A DNA stretch of 32,121 nucleotides from Bacteroidia bacterium (GCA_030539475.1 JAUNRY010000001.1:1-32121); one strand, 5' to 3'. Counted from the stretch's first letter, positions 10,225 through 20,272 are shown. Notes: a model not told the origin generated them from the letters alone. Numbers and translations are program-made.

Positions 10225-10333
10225 ATTGACGATTTACGATTTACGAATTACGATTTTGGATTGATGATTCACTAACCCAAAAAATCTCCAAACTCAAAAC
10301 CCAGAACTCCAAACTCACATTTCCCACTCCATA
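10225..10333. repeat. Two adjacent degenerate heptamer tandem tracts
   Basis: ATTGACG ATTTACG ATTTACG AATTACG ATTTTGG ATTGATG (10225-10266), then TCTCCAA ACTCAAA ACCCAGA ACTCCAA ACTCACA (~10285-10319). Confidence 0.75.
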
Positions 10334-10382
10334 TTATACGTTTTCCCCAAATCTTCCGTTATATCTCTGAAAAAACGGAAGT

Positions 10383-13300
10383 CTGAAAAAAAACATATAC
10401 ATACCCATTTTCATTTTTATTCTGCTTGCAATAAGCGGAATACATTCTCTTTTTGCCCAACAAGATACTGCCAAAACACGCTTTCCGGTACAAAAAACCA
10501 TTGTTGAAACGCCGGAAGATTTGCTTCGCAAGCACCCCATCGATTTGCAAACGCCCTCAAATATCCGTACCGAAGTTGTTTACGATTACAAAACCAACCT
10601 GTACATTTTCCAAAATAAAATAGGCGATAAAGTTATCGGAATTCCTTTCACAATGACTCCTGCGGAGTACATGCAATACACACAAAAACAACTGAACATC
10701 AACTATTTCAGAAATAGAAATGCCATTGGTTCCGAAGCGGAATCCGAATTGCCGGAGCAAGAATTTTCGCTCTTCAATATACGGAAAAGCAACAACTTGC
10801 TGGAAGATATTTTTGGTCCGGGCGGCGTGCAAATAACCACGCAGGGCTTTGTGGAACTGACTACCGGACTGAAAAGAAACGTTACCGATAATCCTACCCT
10901 ACCCGAACGCGCCCGTAAACGTAGCATCTTCGACTTCAGCCCCCAAATTCAGTTGAACGTGAACGCTAAAGTGGGCAACAAAATAAATTTCGGGATGAAT
11001 TACAACAACGACGCCACCTTCGATTTCGATGCGCGACGTATAAAGTTGGCATATCAGGGAGATGAAGACGAAATCATCAAAAATATTGAAGCCGGAAATG
11101 TAAGCATAACCACCGGCAACTCGCTCATACAAGGCGGCGCGGCGCTTTTCGGCATTAAGTCCGATTTGCAGTTTGGCAGATTGCGTGTGAACACCATTAT
11201 TTCGCAGCAAGAATCGGAATCGAAGACCGTGCATTCACGAGGCGGAGTGCAAACCACACCTTTCGAACTCACGGCCGACCAATACGATGAAAATCGCCAT
11301 TTCTTTCTTAGCCACTATTTCAGAGACAATTACGACCGGGCGCTCACAAAATTACCTTACATTCAATCGGCCATTTTAATAACGCGTGTGGAAGCATGGA
11401 TAACCAACAAACGAAGCAATTACGAGCAATCGCGCAACATCCTGGCTTTTGCCGATCTGGCCGAACACAGCGTCATTCACAATCCGTTTTGGTCGCCTTC
11501 CGGCGCTGAAAACGTGCCACACAACGAGGCAAATACGCTTTACCCGCAACTGATTTCTACCTACACCGGCGCACGCGATATCAGTCAGTCCGCCAATATC
11601 TTTCCGGCAAACGTGCTCATCGGCCGCGATTACGAAAAGGTAGAAAGCGCGCGGTTGCTGACTGCGTCGGAATACACCTTTCAACCCCAGCTGGGATACA
11701 TTTCGCTGCGGATGCCGCTTCAACCCGATGAAGTATTGGCGGTTGCCTTTGAATATACCTACAACGGAAAAGCGTATCAGGTGGGTGAGTTTTCGAATAA
11801 CATTACCGCCACCAATAATTCGGGGAGCGCCTTATTTCTAAAGTTGCTGAAACCCGTGTCTTTTTCGCCGCAATCTTACACGTGGCACCTGATGATGAAG
11901 AATATTTACACCTTGGGTTACAGCGCGTATAATATTCAGAAAGACCGGTTTAAACTCAATATCGCGTATCAGAGCGATACCACGGGTGTTTACCTGAATT
12001 ACATCCCCGATGGCGATATCCGAAACGATTTACTGCTGAAAGTGATGAATCTGGACAACCTGAACATGCAGAACGACCCCTATCCCGACGGGATTTTCGA
12101 TTTCATAGACGGTTATACCGTAATGGCCGATAATGGACGCGTTATATTCCCCGTAGTGGAACCCTTCGGGTCTCACTTGCGAAAAAAAATAGGCAACGAC
12201 GCCATTGCCGACAAATACGTTTTCCAGCAACTTTACGATTCTACGCTGACGGTTGCCCGCCAAATTGCAGAAAAAAACAAGTTCCGGATTTCGGGCGAAT
12301 ATCGCGGAAGTTCCGGCGCGGAAATTAACCTGGAAGCCATGAACGTGGCACGCGGTTCGGTGCGCGTTACTGCCGGCGGAGTTACCTTGGCCGAAGGAAC
12401 CGATTATACGGTAGATTACATTTCCGGCACGGTAAACATCATCAATCAGGCAATATTAGACTCCGGAACGCCCGTGAGCGTATCGCTCGAAAACCAATCG
12501 GTGTTCAGTATGCAACGAAAAACCATGATGGGATTGAACCTGAGTTATGATTTCTCGAAAAACCTCGCCGTAGGCGCCACCCTGATGCACTATTACGAGA
12601 AACCACTCACCATGAAGACCGGTTTTGGCGAAGAATCGGTAAAAAATACGCTTTGGGGGATGAATACTTCGTTCAAAAAAGAGTCGTACGCCCTTACCAA
12701 CTTACTGGATATGTTGCCGTTTGTGGAGGCTACGGCCCCCTCGCAACTTACCGGAAACCTTGAGTTTGCGCACCTGATACCCGGACACTACAAAAACAAA
12801 TATACCGGCGAATTTTCTTATCTCGACGATTTTGAAACATCCACATCGGGTATCGATTTGCGCTCGCCTTACAGTTGGTCGCTGGCCTCCACGCCGTTCA
12901 ACAACACTTCCAGCGGATTGTTTCCCGAAGCGGCGTTGTCCAACAACATCGATTACGGAAAAAATCGCGCACAAATGGCGTGGTTTTATATCGACGGATT
13001 GTTTACGCGCCGAAATTCATCGCTCACCCCCGCGCACATAAAAAACGATAAAGAGCAGTTATCCAATCACTTGGTTCGCGAAATTTACGAACGCGAAATT
13101 TTCCCCAACAAAGAAGCCGTTTACGGTGAACTGCCCATTATTCCGGCGTTGAACCTTTCGTTTTATCCCGATGAGCGAGGCCCATACAACCTCGATACCA
13201 ACATCGGTTCCGATGGAAAATTGCTCAATCCGCGCAACCGCTGGGGCGGAATTACGCGGCGGATGGACACACGCGATTTTGAAGCCGCCAACATCGAATA

Positions 13301-16300
13301 CATCGAGTTTTGGCTGATGGATCCCTTTGTGAACGATGAAACGGGTACATCGCGCGGCGGCGATTTGTATTTCAACCTGGGCGAGATTTCGGAAGACATA
13401 TTGAAAGACGGGAAAAAGTTTTTCGAAAACGGATTGCCCGTGAATGGCGACGAATCTGCTGTTGGACAAAGCGTTTGGGGAAAATATCCGCTCCGGCAAT
13501 CCACCGTTTATGCGTTCGATAATTCGCTGGGAGACGAGTCGCGCCGGATTCAGGACGTGGGGCTAAACGGCTTGAACACCCAAGAAGAAAAAATACACCC
13601 CACGTATTCCAATTACCTGAACGATATTTCCACACGGCTTTCGGGCGAAGCCGTATCGAGAATGCAAGCCGATAATCACTCGCCGCTGAACGACCCCGCC
13701 GGCGATAATTTCCGCCATTATCGCGGTCAAGAGCAAGACCGGGAGCAAATGAGCATTTTAGACCGATACAAGTACTACAACGGCACCGAAGGAAATTCGC
13801 AAGCCCCCGACGGCGCGCAACCCTATTCTACCGCCTCGCGCACAACCCCCGATGTGGAAGACATTGATAACGATAACACGCTGAACGAGAATGAATCATA
13901 CTATCAATATAAAGTACAGCTTCGCCCCGAAAACATGACTGTGGGCAGCAATTACATTGTTGACAGGCGGGAAGTAGCCGTTTCGCTGCGCAACGGTGAA
14001 ACCGGGAACGTAACGTGGTATCAGTTTAAAATTCCTGTTCGCGATTTTCATTCGCGCATTGGCAACATTCAGGGATTCAACAATATCCGGTTCATGCGGA
14101 TGTTTCTGACCGATTTTGAACAGCCCGTGTTTTTGCGGTTTGCCACACTGGAACTCGTGCGAAGCGAATGGCGCACGTACATGCAAAACCTGCAATGGGG
14201 CGGTGCTGTTTCCGGATTGGGCAAACTCGAAATTTCAACCGTGAATATAGAAGAAAACAACGACCGTACGCCCGTAAACTACGTGCTTCCGCCCGGCGTT
14301 ACGCGTATTCTGGACCCGAGCCAGCCGCAACTCCGTCAACAAAACGAACAATCACTTGCACTGAAAGTGAATAACCTCGACCCGAACGATTCGCGGGCCA
14401 TTTACAAGAACACGCTCTACGATTTACGCCGCTACAAACGCCTGCAAATGTTTGTACATGCCGAAGAGCTTGCCGGCGAGGCGGATAACTTGCAAGACGG
14501 CGAAATGGCCGTTTTTATGCGCATCGGTTCCGATTATCGAAACAATTACTACGAATACGAAATCCCGCTGCGGTTAACGCCTGCCGGACGTTATAGCACC
14601 CGCATCCCCACCGACCAGGAAACCGTGTGGAAACCCGAAAACATGTTTGATTTTCCGCTAAAAATACTGACTGATTTAAAATTGAAGCGCAATGCCGAAA
14701 AACGACGAGAAAACGGCGTAACTTATCTTACACCCTATTCGCAAAACGACCCCGATAAACCCGACAACCGCATTACAATTGTGGGAAACCCATCGCTTGC
14801 CGAAGCAAAAGTGATGATGATTGGCGTACGAAACCGCGCGAATACCAACAAATCGGCAGAAGTGTGGGTAAACGAACTGCGGTTGAGCGAGTTTGATGAA
14901 AAAGGCGGCTGGGCGGCACAAGGAAACGTGCAGCTAACGTTATCGGATATTGGTACGGTGAGCGTTTCGGGACGAAAAGAAACAGCCGGCTTTGGCGCGC
15001 TCAATCAACGCCTGCTGGAACGGCGAAACGATGATTATTCATCCATAAACGTGGCAATGAACATAGAACTCGGGCGCTTCTTGCCGGCACAAGCCCACGT
15101 ATCGGCGCCCTTGTATTACGCCTTTTCCAACGAAACCATTGCTCCGCAATACGACCCGCTCGACCAGGATATTTTACTTTCGGAATCGTTGAAAAACATA
15201 CAAAACAATCACGAAAAAGATTCCATCAGTAATTTGGCCAATACAAACACCACGCACAAAAGCCTGAGCCTGAATAACGTGAAAGTAGATATTAAAAGCA
15301 GAAATCCCATGCCGTACGACCCGGCTAATCTCAGTTTGGGGTACGCTTACACCGAAAATCATTATCAAAATCCCGAAACCGAATACAACAACACTGTGCA
15401 TCAGCGGTTGCAGGCAAATTACAACTACACACCGTTTGTGCGTCCTTTTGAACCGTTTAAAAACATACAAAGCAATTCGGGTTGGTTGAAACTGATAAAA
15501 TCCATCAACCTGAATTACTTGCCCAACAACATTCAAATCAGCTCCGGCATGATGCGGAATTATCAGGAAACGCAGCTACGCGATTTGAATGCGTATGCCT
15601 CGGGACAAACACAATCGCAGCGGCAACTGCTCACATTCAGCCAGAATTTTGTTTGGGACAGGCGGTTTTCTCTGACGTGGGATTTGAGCCGAAACCTAAA
15701 AACATCGTTCCGCTCGGGAACCATTGCGGAGATTGAAGAACCGTATTTACAGGTAAACCGAAAAATTAACCGGGACGATTACGAAATTTGGAAAGATTCT
15801 GTGATTCAGAGCATAAGAAACCTGGGAAAACCGCTCAATTACGAGCAATCGGCCGATGTGGCCTACACCCTTCCTCTGGCGCAAATTCCCGTGTTGGATT
15901 GGATAAGTGCAAGTACGGCATACAACTCGCGCTACCGGTGGGAACGCGGCGCGTATATTCTCGATGAAAATATCGGTAATTTTGTTCAGAACGATATGTC
16001 CGTTACAACAAATGCACGGCTCAATCTGGTGCAGTTGTACAATAAAATAGGATTTTTACGGGAAACCAATCAGCGGTTTGAAGCTGCCGGCGCGTCCAAT
16101 TCATCCCCAAACAACCTGTTTGCCGATATAGCGCAATACGCACTTCGCGGGCTGATGATGGTGCGAAGCGTGAACGCGAATTTCGGGTACAAATCGAGAA
16201 CGGATATTCCGGGATTTAATCCCATGGCAGGTAATTTTCTGGGGCAATCCGATTCGCCTTCCGGATTAATTCCGGGTTGGGGTTTCGCTTTCGGATTTGA

Positions 16301-17627
16301 AGGCGGTGAGCGTTTTTTGGAACGTGCCAACGCCAACAACTGGCTGGTGAAAGACGAGAACAACTTATCACCGGCCATTTACAACCAAACCAAAAACCTG
16401 CGAATGGATGCCGCGATTGAGCCGGTAAAAGGCTTGGTGATTGACTTAAACGCACTTTATGAAGACAACCGGCGCACCGAAATCCGTTATATGTTCGACG
16501 GAATGCCCAAACTTTACGGCGGCAGTTTTGCCATGACAACTGTTACGCTATCGTCGGCGTTTGAAAATTCGTCGGCACGAAACGATTATTTTTCAGCATC
16601 GTTCAATCGTTTTTTGGAGAATCGCGGGGTTATTGCAGGCCGGCTGCGCGAGAAATACCAAAACTCCACCTATCCCAATACCGGATTCATAGCCGAAACC
16701 GCTTTTCGGGAGCAGCCATTCAACGTGTCCAACGGCGATGTGAATCCAAATTCGGCGGATGTGCTCGTTCCCGCTTTTTTAGCGGCGTATGCCGGGAAAG
16801 ATGCCCGCAGAGTGAGTTTGACGGCTTTTCCGGCACTGAGCGCGTTGTTGCCCAACTGGGATGTTTCGTACAACCTGCTGCAGATGATGCCGATGCTGCA
16901 AAGCAATTTCCGTTCGTTGCAGATAACGCACAAATATGTGTCGCAGTATCGCGTGGGAACGTTTTCATCGTTCCTGAACTGGGTGCCGATGGGCGATAAT
17001 TCCGATTTGGGATACATTCGCGATGTAGTTACCGGCACGCCCGTTCCTTCGTCGCCCTACGATATTTCGGCAGTGAATGTAATCGAAAGTTTTGCCCCGC
17101 TCTTTGAGGCGCGTGGTGTTTTAACCAATAATATGTCGCTTAATTTCCGTGTTAATCGTACGCGGTCGCTTAACCTGAATATTTCTTCGTACCAAATTGT
17201 TGAAATCAACGACAACGACCTTGTTTTGGGGTTGGGATATCGTTGGCCTCACTTCAACCGCATTATCGGCTTTGGCTCCAATTCCATAAGGCCCGAACGC
17301 CGCCGCTCACGCGCTTCGCGCATTGTTCAAACCGGCCAAAATACTACCGGTTTACCCGAATTTAATAACGATCTGAATATTCGCGTGGATATTTCCCACA
17401 AAAATACCCATGCGCTCATCCGCAAAATAGAAGACGGTTTCACACAAGCCACCAGCGGGTTGAAAACCACAACCGTTCGCTTTTCCGCCGATTACGCCAT
17501 GAGCCGATCGCTCACGCTTCGGGCGTTTTTCGATAAGATGATAAATACGCCGTTGGTTTCTTCGTCGGCATATTCCACCTCCAACACAAGTGCGGGAATG
17601 AGTTTGAGGTTTAATTTGAATCAGTAA
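10383..17627 (+). CDS. sprA: Type IX secretion system outer-membrane translocon SprA (Sov)
   Basis: ~2400 aa; IFGPGG, YQGDEDEIIKNIEAGNVS, LFGIKSDLQFG, YDENRHFFLSHYFR, YLDDFE, NIEYIEFWLMDPF, WVNELRL, terminal beta-strand LRFNL; follows ruvA. The frame is open back to CTG 10383, which restores a signal peptide. Confidence 0.93.
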   Translation: MKKNIYIPIFIFILLAISGIHSLFAQQDTAKTRFPVQKTIVETPEDLLRKHPIDLQTPSNIRTEVVYDYKTNLYIFQNKIGDKVIGIPFTMTPAEYMQYTQKQLNINYFRNRNAIGSEAESELPEQEFSLFNIRKSNNLLEDIFGPGGVQITTQGFVELTTGLKRNVTDNPTLPERARKRSIFDFSPQIQLNVNAKVGNKINFGMNYNNDATFDFDARRIKLAYQGDEDEIIKNIEAGNVSITTGNSLIQGGAALFGIKSDLQFGRLRVNTIISQQESESKTVHSRGGVQTTPFELTADQYDENRHFFLSHYFRDNYDRALTKLPYIQSAILITRVEAWITNKRSNYEQSRNILAFADLAEHSVIHNPFWSPSGAENVPHNEANTLYPQLISTYTGARDISQSANIFPANVLIGRDYEKVESARLLTASEYTFQPQLGYISLRMPLQPDEVLAVAFEYTYNGKAYQVGEFSNNITATNNSGSALFLKLLKPVSFSPQSYTWHLMMKNIYTLGYSAYNIQKDRFKLNIAYQSDTTGVYLNYIPDGDIRNDLLLKVMNLDNLNMQNDPYPDGIFDFIDGYTVMADNGRVIFPVVEPFGSHLRKKIGNDAIADKYVFQQLYDSTLTVARQIAEKNKFRISGEYRGSSGAEINLEAMNVARGSVRVTAGGVTLAEGTDYTVDYISGTVNIINQAILDSGTPVSVSLENQSVFSMQRKTMMGLNLSYDFSKNLAVGATLMHYYEKPLTMKTGFGEESVKNTLWGMNTSFKKESYALTNLLDMLPFVEATAPSQLTGNLEFAHLIPGHYKNKYTGEFSYLDDFETSTSGIDLRSPYSWSLASTPFNNTSSGLFPEAALSNNIDYGKNRAQMAWFYIDGLFTRRNSSLTPAHIKNDKEQLSNHLVREIYEREIFPNKEAVYGELPIIPALNLSFYPDERGPYNLDTNIGSDGKLLNPRNRWGGITRRMDTRDFEAANIEYIEFWLMDPFVNDETGTSRGGDLYFNLGEISEDILKDGKKFFENGLPVNGDESAVGQSVWGKYPLRQSTVYAFDNSLGDESRRIQDVGLNGLNTQEEKIHPTYSNYLNDISTRLSGEAVSRMQADNHSPLNDPAGDNFRHYRGQEQDREQMSILDRYKYYNGTEGNSQAPDGAQPYSTASRTTPDVEDIDNDNTLNENESYYQYKVQLRPENMTVGSNYIVDRREVAVSLRNGETGNVTWYQFKIPVRDFHSRIGNIQGFNNIRFMRMFLTDFEQPVFLRFATLELVRSEWRTYMQNLQWGGAVSGLGKLEISTVNIEENNDRTPVNYVLPPGVTRILDPSQPQLRQQNEQSLALKVNNLDPNDSRAIYKNTLYDLRRYKRLQMFVHAEELAGEADNLQDGEMAVFMRIGSDYRNNYYEYEIPLRLTPAGRYSTRIPTDQETVWKPENMFDFPLKILTDLKLKRNAEKRRENGVTYLTPYSQNDPDKPDNRITIVGNPSLAEAKVMMIGVRNRANTNKSAEVWVNELRLSEFDEKGGWAAQGNVQLTLSDIGTVSVSGRKETAGFGALNQRLLERRNDDYSSINVAMNIELGRFLPAQAHVSAPLYYAFSNETIAPQYDPLDQDILLSESLKNIQNNHEKDSISNLANTNTTHKSLSLNNVKVDIKSRNPMPYDPANLSLGYAYTENHYQNPETEYNNTVHQRLQANYNYTPFVRPFEPFKNIQSNSGWLKLIKSINLNYLPNNIQISSGMMRNYQETQLRDLNAYASGQTQSQRQLLTFSQNFVWDRRFSLTWDLSRNLKTSFRSGTIAEIEEPYLQVNRKINRDDYEIWKDSVIQSIRNLGKPLNYEQSADVAYTLPLAQIPVLDWISASTAYNSRYRWERGAYILDENIGNFVQNDMSVTTNARLNLVQLYNKIGFLRETNQRFEAAGASNSSPNNLFADIAQYALRGLMMVRSVNANFGYKSRTDIPGFNPMAGNFLGQSDSPSGLIPGWGFAFGFEGGERFLERANANNWLVKDENNLSPAIYNQTKNLRMDAAIEPVKGLVIDLNALYEDNRRTEIRYMFDGMPKLYGGSFAMTTVTLSSAFENSSARNDYFSASFNRFLENRGVIAGRLREKYQNSTYPNTGFIAETAFREQPFNVSNGDVNPNSADVLVPAFLAAYAGKDARRVSLTAFPALSALLPNWDVSYNLLQMMPMLQSNFRSLQITHKYVSQYRVGTFSSFLNWVPMGDNSDLGYIRDVVTGTPVPSSPYDISAVNVIESFAPLFEARGVLTNNMSLNFRVNRTRSLNLNISSYQIVEINDNDLVLGLGYRWPHFNRIIGFGSNSIRPERRRSRASRIVQTGQNTTGLPEFNNDLNIRVDISHKNTHALIRKIEDGFTQATSGLKTTTVRFSADYAMSRSLTLRAFFDKMINTPLVSSSAYSTSNTSAGMSLRFNLNQ

Positions 17628-17747
17628 ACCGGGTGCTGCGAAACAGCGTTCGGCCTTAGCCAATTCCGATTCGCAGGGATATACTTTGGGTTGAAACGCG
17701 AAGCAACCGCGGGAATATACTTCGAGTTGGAACTCGAAGCACCCGGT
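17628..17747. repeat. 120-bp REP-cluster/MITE-like element
   Basis: Terminal inverted repeats match 13/14 (ACCGGGTGCTGCGA 17628-17641 / TCGAAGCACCCGGT 17734-17747); internal 36-bp tandem duplication (17672-17707, 17708-17743; 29/36 identical); hairpin CTTCGAGT-TGGA-ACTCGAAG. Confidence 0.7.
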
Positions 17748-17757
17748 GAGAATAAAA

Positions 17758-18437
17758 TCACCCCTGCATCAAATCCACCAACCCCGCGTTTTCGCATTTC
17801 ATGATCCGTCCCGGAAATGTTTGCACGATGGAATAATTGTGGGTGGACATAATCACCGCCGTTCCCGAATCGGAAATTTGCTGCAGTAAATCCACAATCT
17901 GGCTTCCCGTTTCGGGATCGAGGTTTCCGGTGGGTTCATCAGCCAAAATAAGCGCCGGCGAGTTGAGCAATGCCCGGGCAATTACCACGCGCTGCTGTTC
18001 TCCTCCCGACAGTTCGTGCGTCATTTTATAGGTTTTATTTTGCATGCCCACTTGCACCAACACTTCGTTTATGCGGTGTTTAATATCGGTTTTGTTTTTC
18101 CAACCGGTAGCGCGGAGCACAAACTCCAGGTTTTTTTCTACCGTTCGGTCTATAAGCAGCTGAAATCTTGAAACACGATGCCTATTTTCCGCCGCAAGTA
18201 AGGTATTTGCTTTCTTCGCAGGTTTTGCAGGTGATAATCGAACACGCGCGCATCGCCCGCCTCTATCGGAAGCTCGGCATACATGCTTTTCAGCAATGTA
18301 CTTTTGCCCGAGCCCACCTTGCCGATGATATACAAGAAATCGCCCCGGTCAACCTCAAGGTTTACATCGCGCAAAATAATATTTTCATCCCTGTTTAACT
18401 GTACTCCGGTGTATTTTATCAAACTATCCACACTCAT
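17758..18437 (-). pseudogene. ftsE: FtsE-like ABC ATPase split by a 1-bp deletion (pseudogene or assembly error)
   Basis: 5' ORF has Walker A GKVGSGKST and IGIVFQDF; 3' ORF has LSGGEQQR and LILADEPTGNLD. Adding one base at ~18162-18165 gives continuous VFQDFQLLIDRTVEKNLEFVLRATGW. Confidence 0.85.
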
Positions 18438-18907
18438 TATTTAAAAAATTGAATGATAAACGGATACCTCCAATATTCGCCGTTGTTGGCTTTTACTCCG
18501 GCCATAACTACAAATACAATGTAGATGACTACCAACACCAAAAGCAGCGGAATACCAATGATGGTTATTGCCAGCACTGCGCTGTAAATGAGATAGCTGA
18601 TGGTGAAGTTAAGAATGTTTTTTCCGTGTAAATCTACATTGGCGTTGGTGTCTTTGTTGGTTATCCACATAATTACGGGCGCTACAAATCCGGCAAGCGG
18701 AATTGCCAGCCCCAAAAATTGCGATAAGTGCATCAACATCAGGTAGGTGTTTTCGGAAAGTCCGAAAAGCGGTTTCCTTGCATCCGATGAAGAAGCCGAA
18801 GAGGTTGTATCGTTCAGTATTTTTGTTTTCTCGCGCTGATACTCCTCTTCGGTAATACTGCCTTTTTCGCGCAGTTCGTCCAAAATTTTCAAATCTTCGT
18901 ATTTCAT
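18437..18907 (-). CDS. SHOCT plus DUF4870 membrane protein
   Basis: N-terminal LKILDELREKGSITEEEYQREK (SHOCT-like); MLMHLSQF..., HGKNILNF, ANNGEYWRYP (DUF4870-like); stop overlaps the ftsE start (TAATG). Confidence 0.8.
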   Translation of the reverse strand: MKYEDLKILDELREKGSITEEEYQREKTKILNDTTSSASSSDARKPLFGLSENTYLMLMHLSQFLGLAIPLAGFVAPVIMWITNKDTNANVDLHGKNILNFTISYLIYSAVLAITIIGIPLLLVLVVIYIVFVVMAGVKANNGEYWRYPFIIQFFK

Positions 18908-18965
18908 AATTTTGCGGTGTTTTGTTGTGATTTACGGGGTATGAACCCTAAGTTTAAACTTCTAC

Positions 18966-19541
18966 TTAAATTAACAATTTATCAATTAATTCAACCATTT
19001 CATAAAATTCTTCTTCTTCGAACAACCGGGTGAGCATCACAATTTTACCCTCTCTGTCGATGATGATGTTTCGCGTAATTCCGGCATTTTTTTCGGCATA
19101 CATCCCAAAAATGCTTGCGTCCGGATCCATCCCGATGGGATAAGTTACTCCGGTTGCTTCGCGCAATACCTGAATTTTTTCTACCGGTTCTTCGCGATCA
19201 ATTCCGTATAACGCAAACTGCGGGTTGTCTTTGTGTTTCAACCATATATTCTTTTCAATATAAGGCATTTCCTTTCTGCAAACGCCGCACCAGCTGGCGG
19301 TAAACTGCAACATAACCACTTTGCCGCGCAAATCGGATAATTTTACGGTTCCTCCTTCGGGAAGTTCCATTTCAAAATCGGGCGCCATATCGCCCACTTT
19401 CACCAGGTATTGCCTGTCATCGGCACTTTCAACCTGCACGGTGTCTTGCTTTTCGGCAATCTCATTGCTTTTCTTAGCAGATGAGTTGCAGGCTGCAAAA
19501 AATAAAACCGATAAAAAGATAAAAAATAATTCTTTAAACAT
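18966..19541 (-). CDS. TlpA-family thiol:disulfide oxidoreductase lipoprotein
   Basis: Lipobox FFAAC from ATG 19541; VGDMAPDF, LSDLRGKVVMLQFTASWCGVCRKEMP. The TTG start near 19562 is also possible. Confidence 0.9.
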   Translation of the reverse strand: MFKELFFIFLSVLFFAACNSSAKKSNEIAEKQDTVQVESADDRQYLVKVGDMAPDFEMELPEGGTVKLSDLRGKVVMLQFTASWCGVCRKEMPYIEKNIWLKHKDNPQFALYGIDREEPVEKIQVLREATGVTYPIGMDPDASIFGMYAEKNAGITRNIIIDREGKIVMLTRLFEEEEFYEMVELIDKLLI

Positions 19542-19614
19542 AGTTTTACGATGGTTTTTCAAATTAATTCCTTTTTACTCTGAGCTCTTTGCTCAACGCC
19601 CTTCGCTCATTCTC

Positions 19615-20022
19615 CTACAAAGATACCTTTTTTTCTCTTTTTCCAAACTTATTATACAAAAATAACGCGATAATCAGCGCAGTTAATGAACCCAGCATAT
19701 TGGCTATGAAATCGCCCCATTCCGCTCCTCTTGTTGGAAAGAAGTATTTCTGCATCAATTCAATACCGCCTCCGTAAATTACGGGTAAAACAAAACCCCA
19801 GAAAATCCATTTTCCTACGTTGGGTTTGCCGCGATGCAAGCGGTAATAATCGAATAAGCAAACGGCCGAAAGTACCAAAAACATCCCAAAGTGCGCCATT
19901 TTATCCCACGGAATGCCGGTGGGCATGTCGGGGACATCGTTGCTGCTAATCAGGCAGGTTACAATAAAAATAAATAATCCTACGAAAACAGGCAGTAAAA
20001 TATGGCGGATGTAATTCTTCAT
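19615..20022 (-). CDS. VanZ family membrane protein
   Basis: DKMAHFGMF, YGGGIELMQ, RGAEWGDFIANMLG; start at ATG 20022 (or 20028). Confidence 0.88.
   Translation of the reverse strand: MKNYIRHILLPVFVGLFIFIVTCLISSNDVPDMPTGIPWDKMAHFGMFLVLSAVCLFDYYRLHRGKPNVGKWIFWGFVLPVIYGGGIELMQKYFFPTRGAEWGDFIANMLGSLTALIIALFLYNKFGKREKKVSL
19618..19625 (-). promoter_or_regulatory. -7 promoter element for tlpA inside the vanZ 3' end
   Basis: TATCTTTG on the minus strand, ~77 bp before the tlpA ATG. Confidence 0.5.
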
Positions 20023-20031
20023 ACACAAACA

Positions 20032-20059
20032 AGAAGTTAGAAATCAGAAATCAGAAGTC
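20032..20059. repeat. Heptamer tandem repeat upstream of vanZ
   Basis: AGAAGTT AGAAATC AGAAATC AGAAGTC. Confidence 0.75.
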
Positions 20060-20132
20060 AAACTGAACAAGAAGAGCCGAATGCCCTTGGCGTTTACGTT
20101 TTGCACTTCAGTTTACGTTTAAAATTCGGCTT

Positions 20133-20140
20133 CAAAGATA
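20133..20140 (-). promoter_or_regulatory. -7 promoter element for vanZ
   Basis: TATCTTTG on the minus strand. Confidence 0.55.
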
Positions 20141-20272
20141 ATTCAAAAAAAATGACCTGCACCCGATTTTAAAAACATATAACTAAAACAATCGCAAAAA
20201 TTGACGAAAAATTCGTTTCTTTGCCAGCTAATTACAAAGTTATAAATCGATTATTTAGGAATTACATTGAAT

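Noticed and set aside
10557-17663. Many short ORFs overlapping sprA
   Set aside because: Shadow ORFs of a long gene; no domains recognised.
17672-17743. 36-bp repeat pair as a possible CRISPR array
   Set aside because: Only two adjacent units, no spacer, no cas genes.
18150-18175. Programmed -1 frameshift in ftsE
   Set aside because: No canonical slippery heptamer; a simple indel is more parsimonious.
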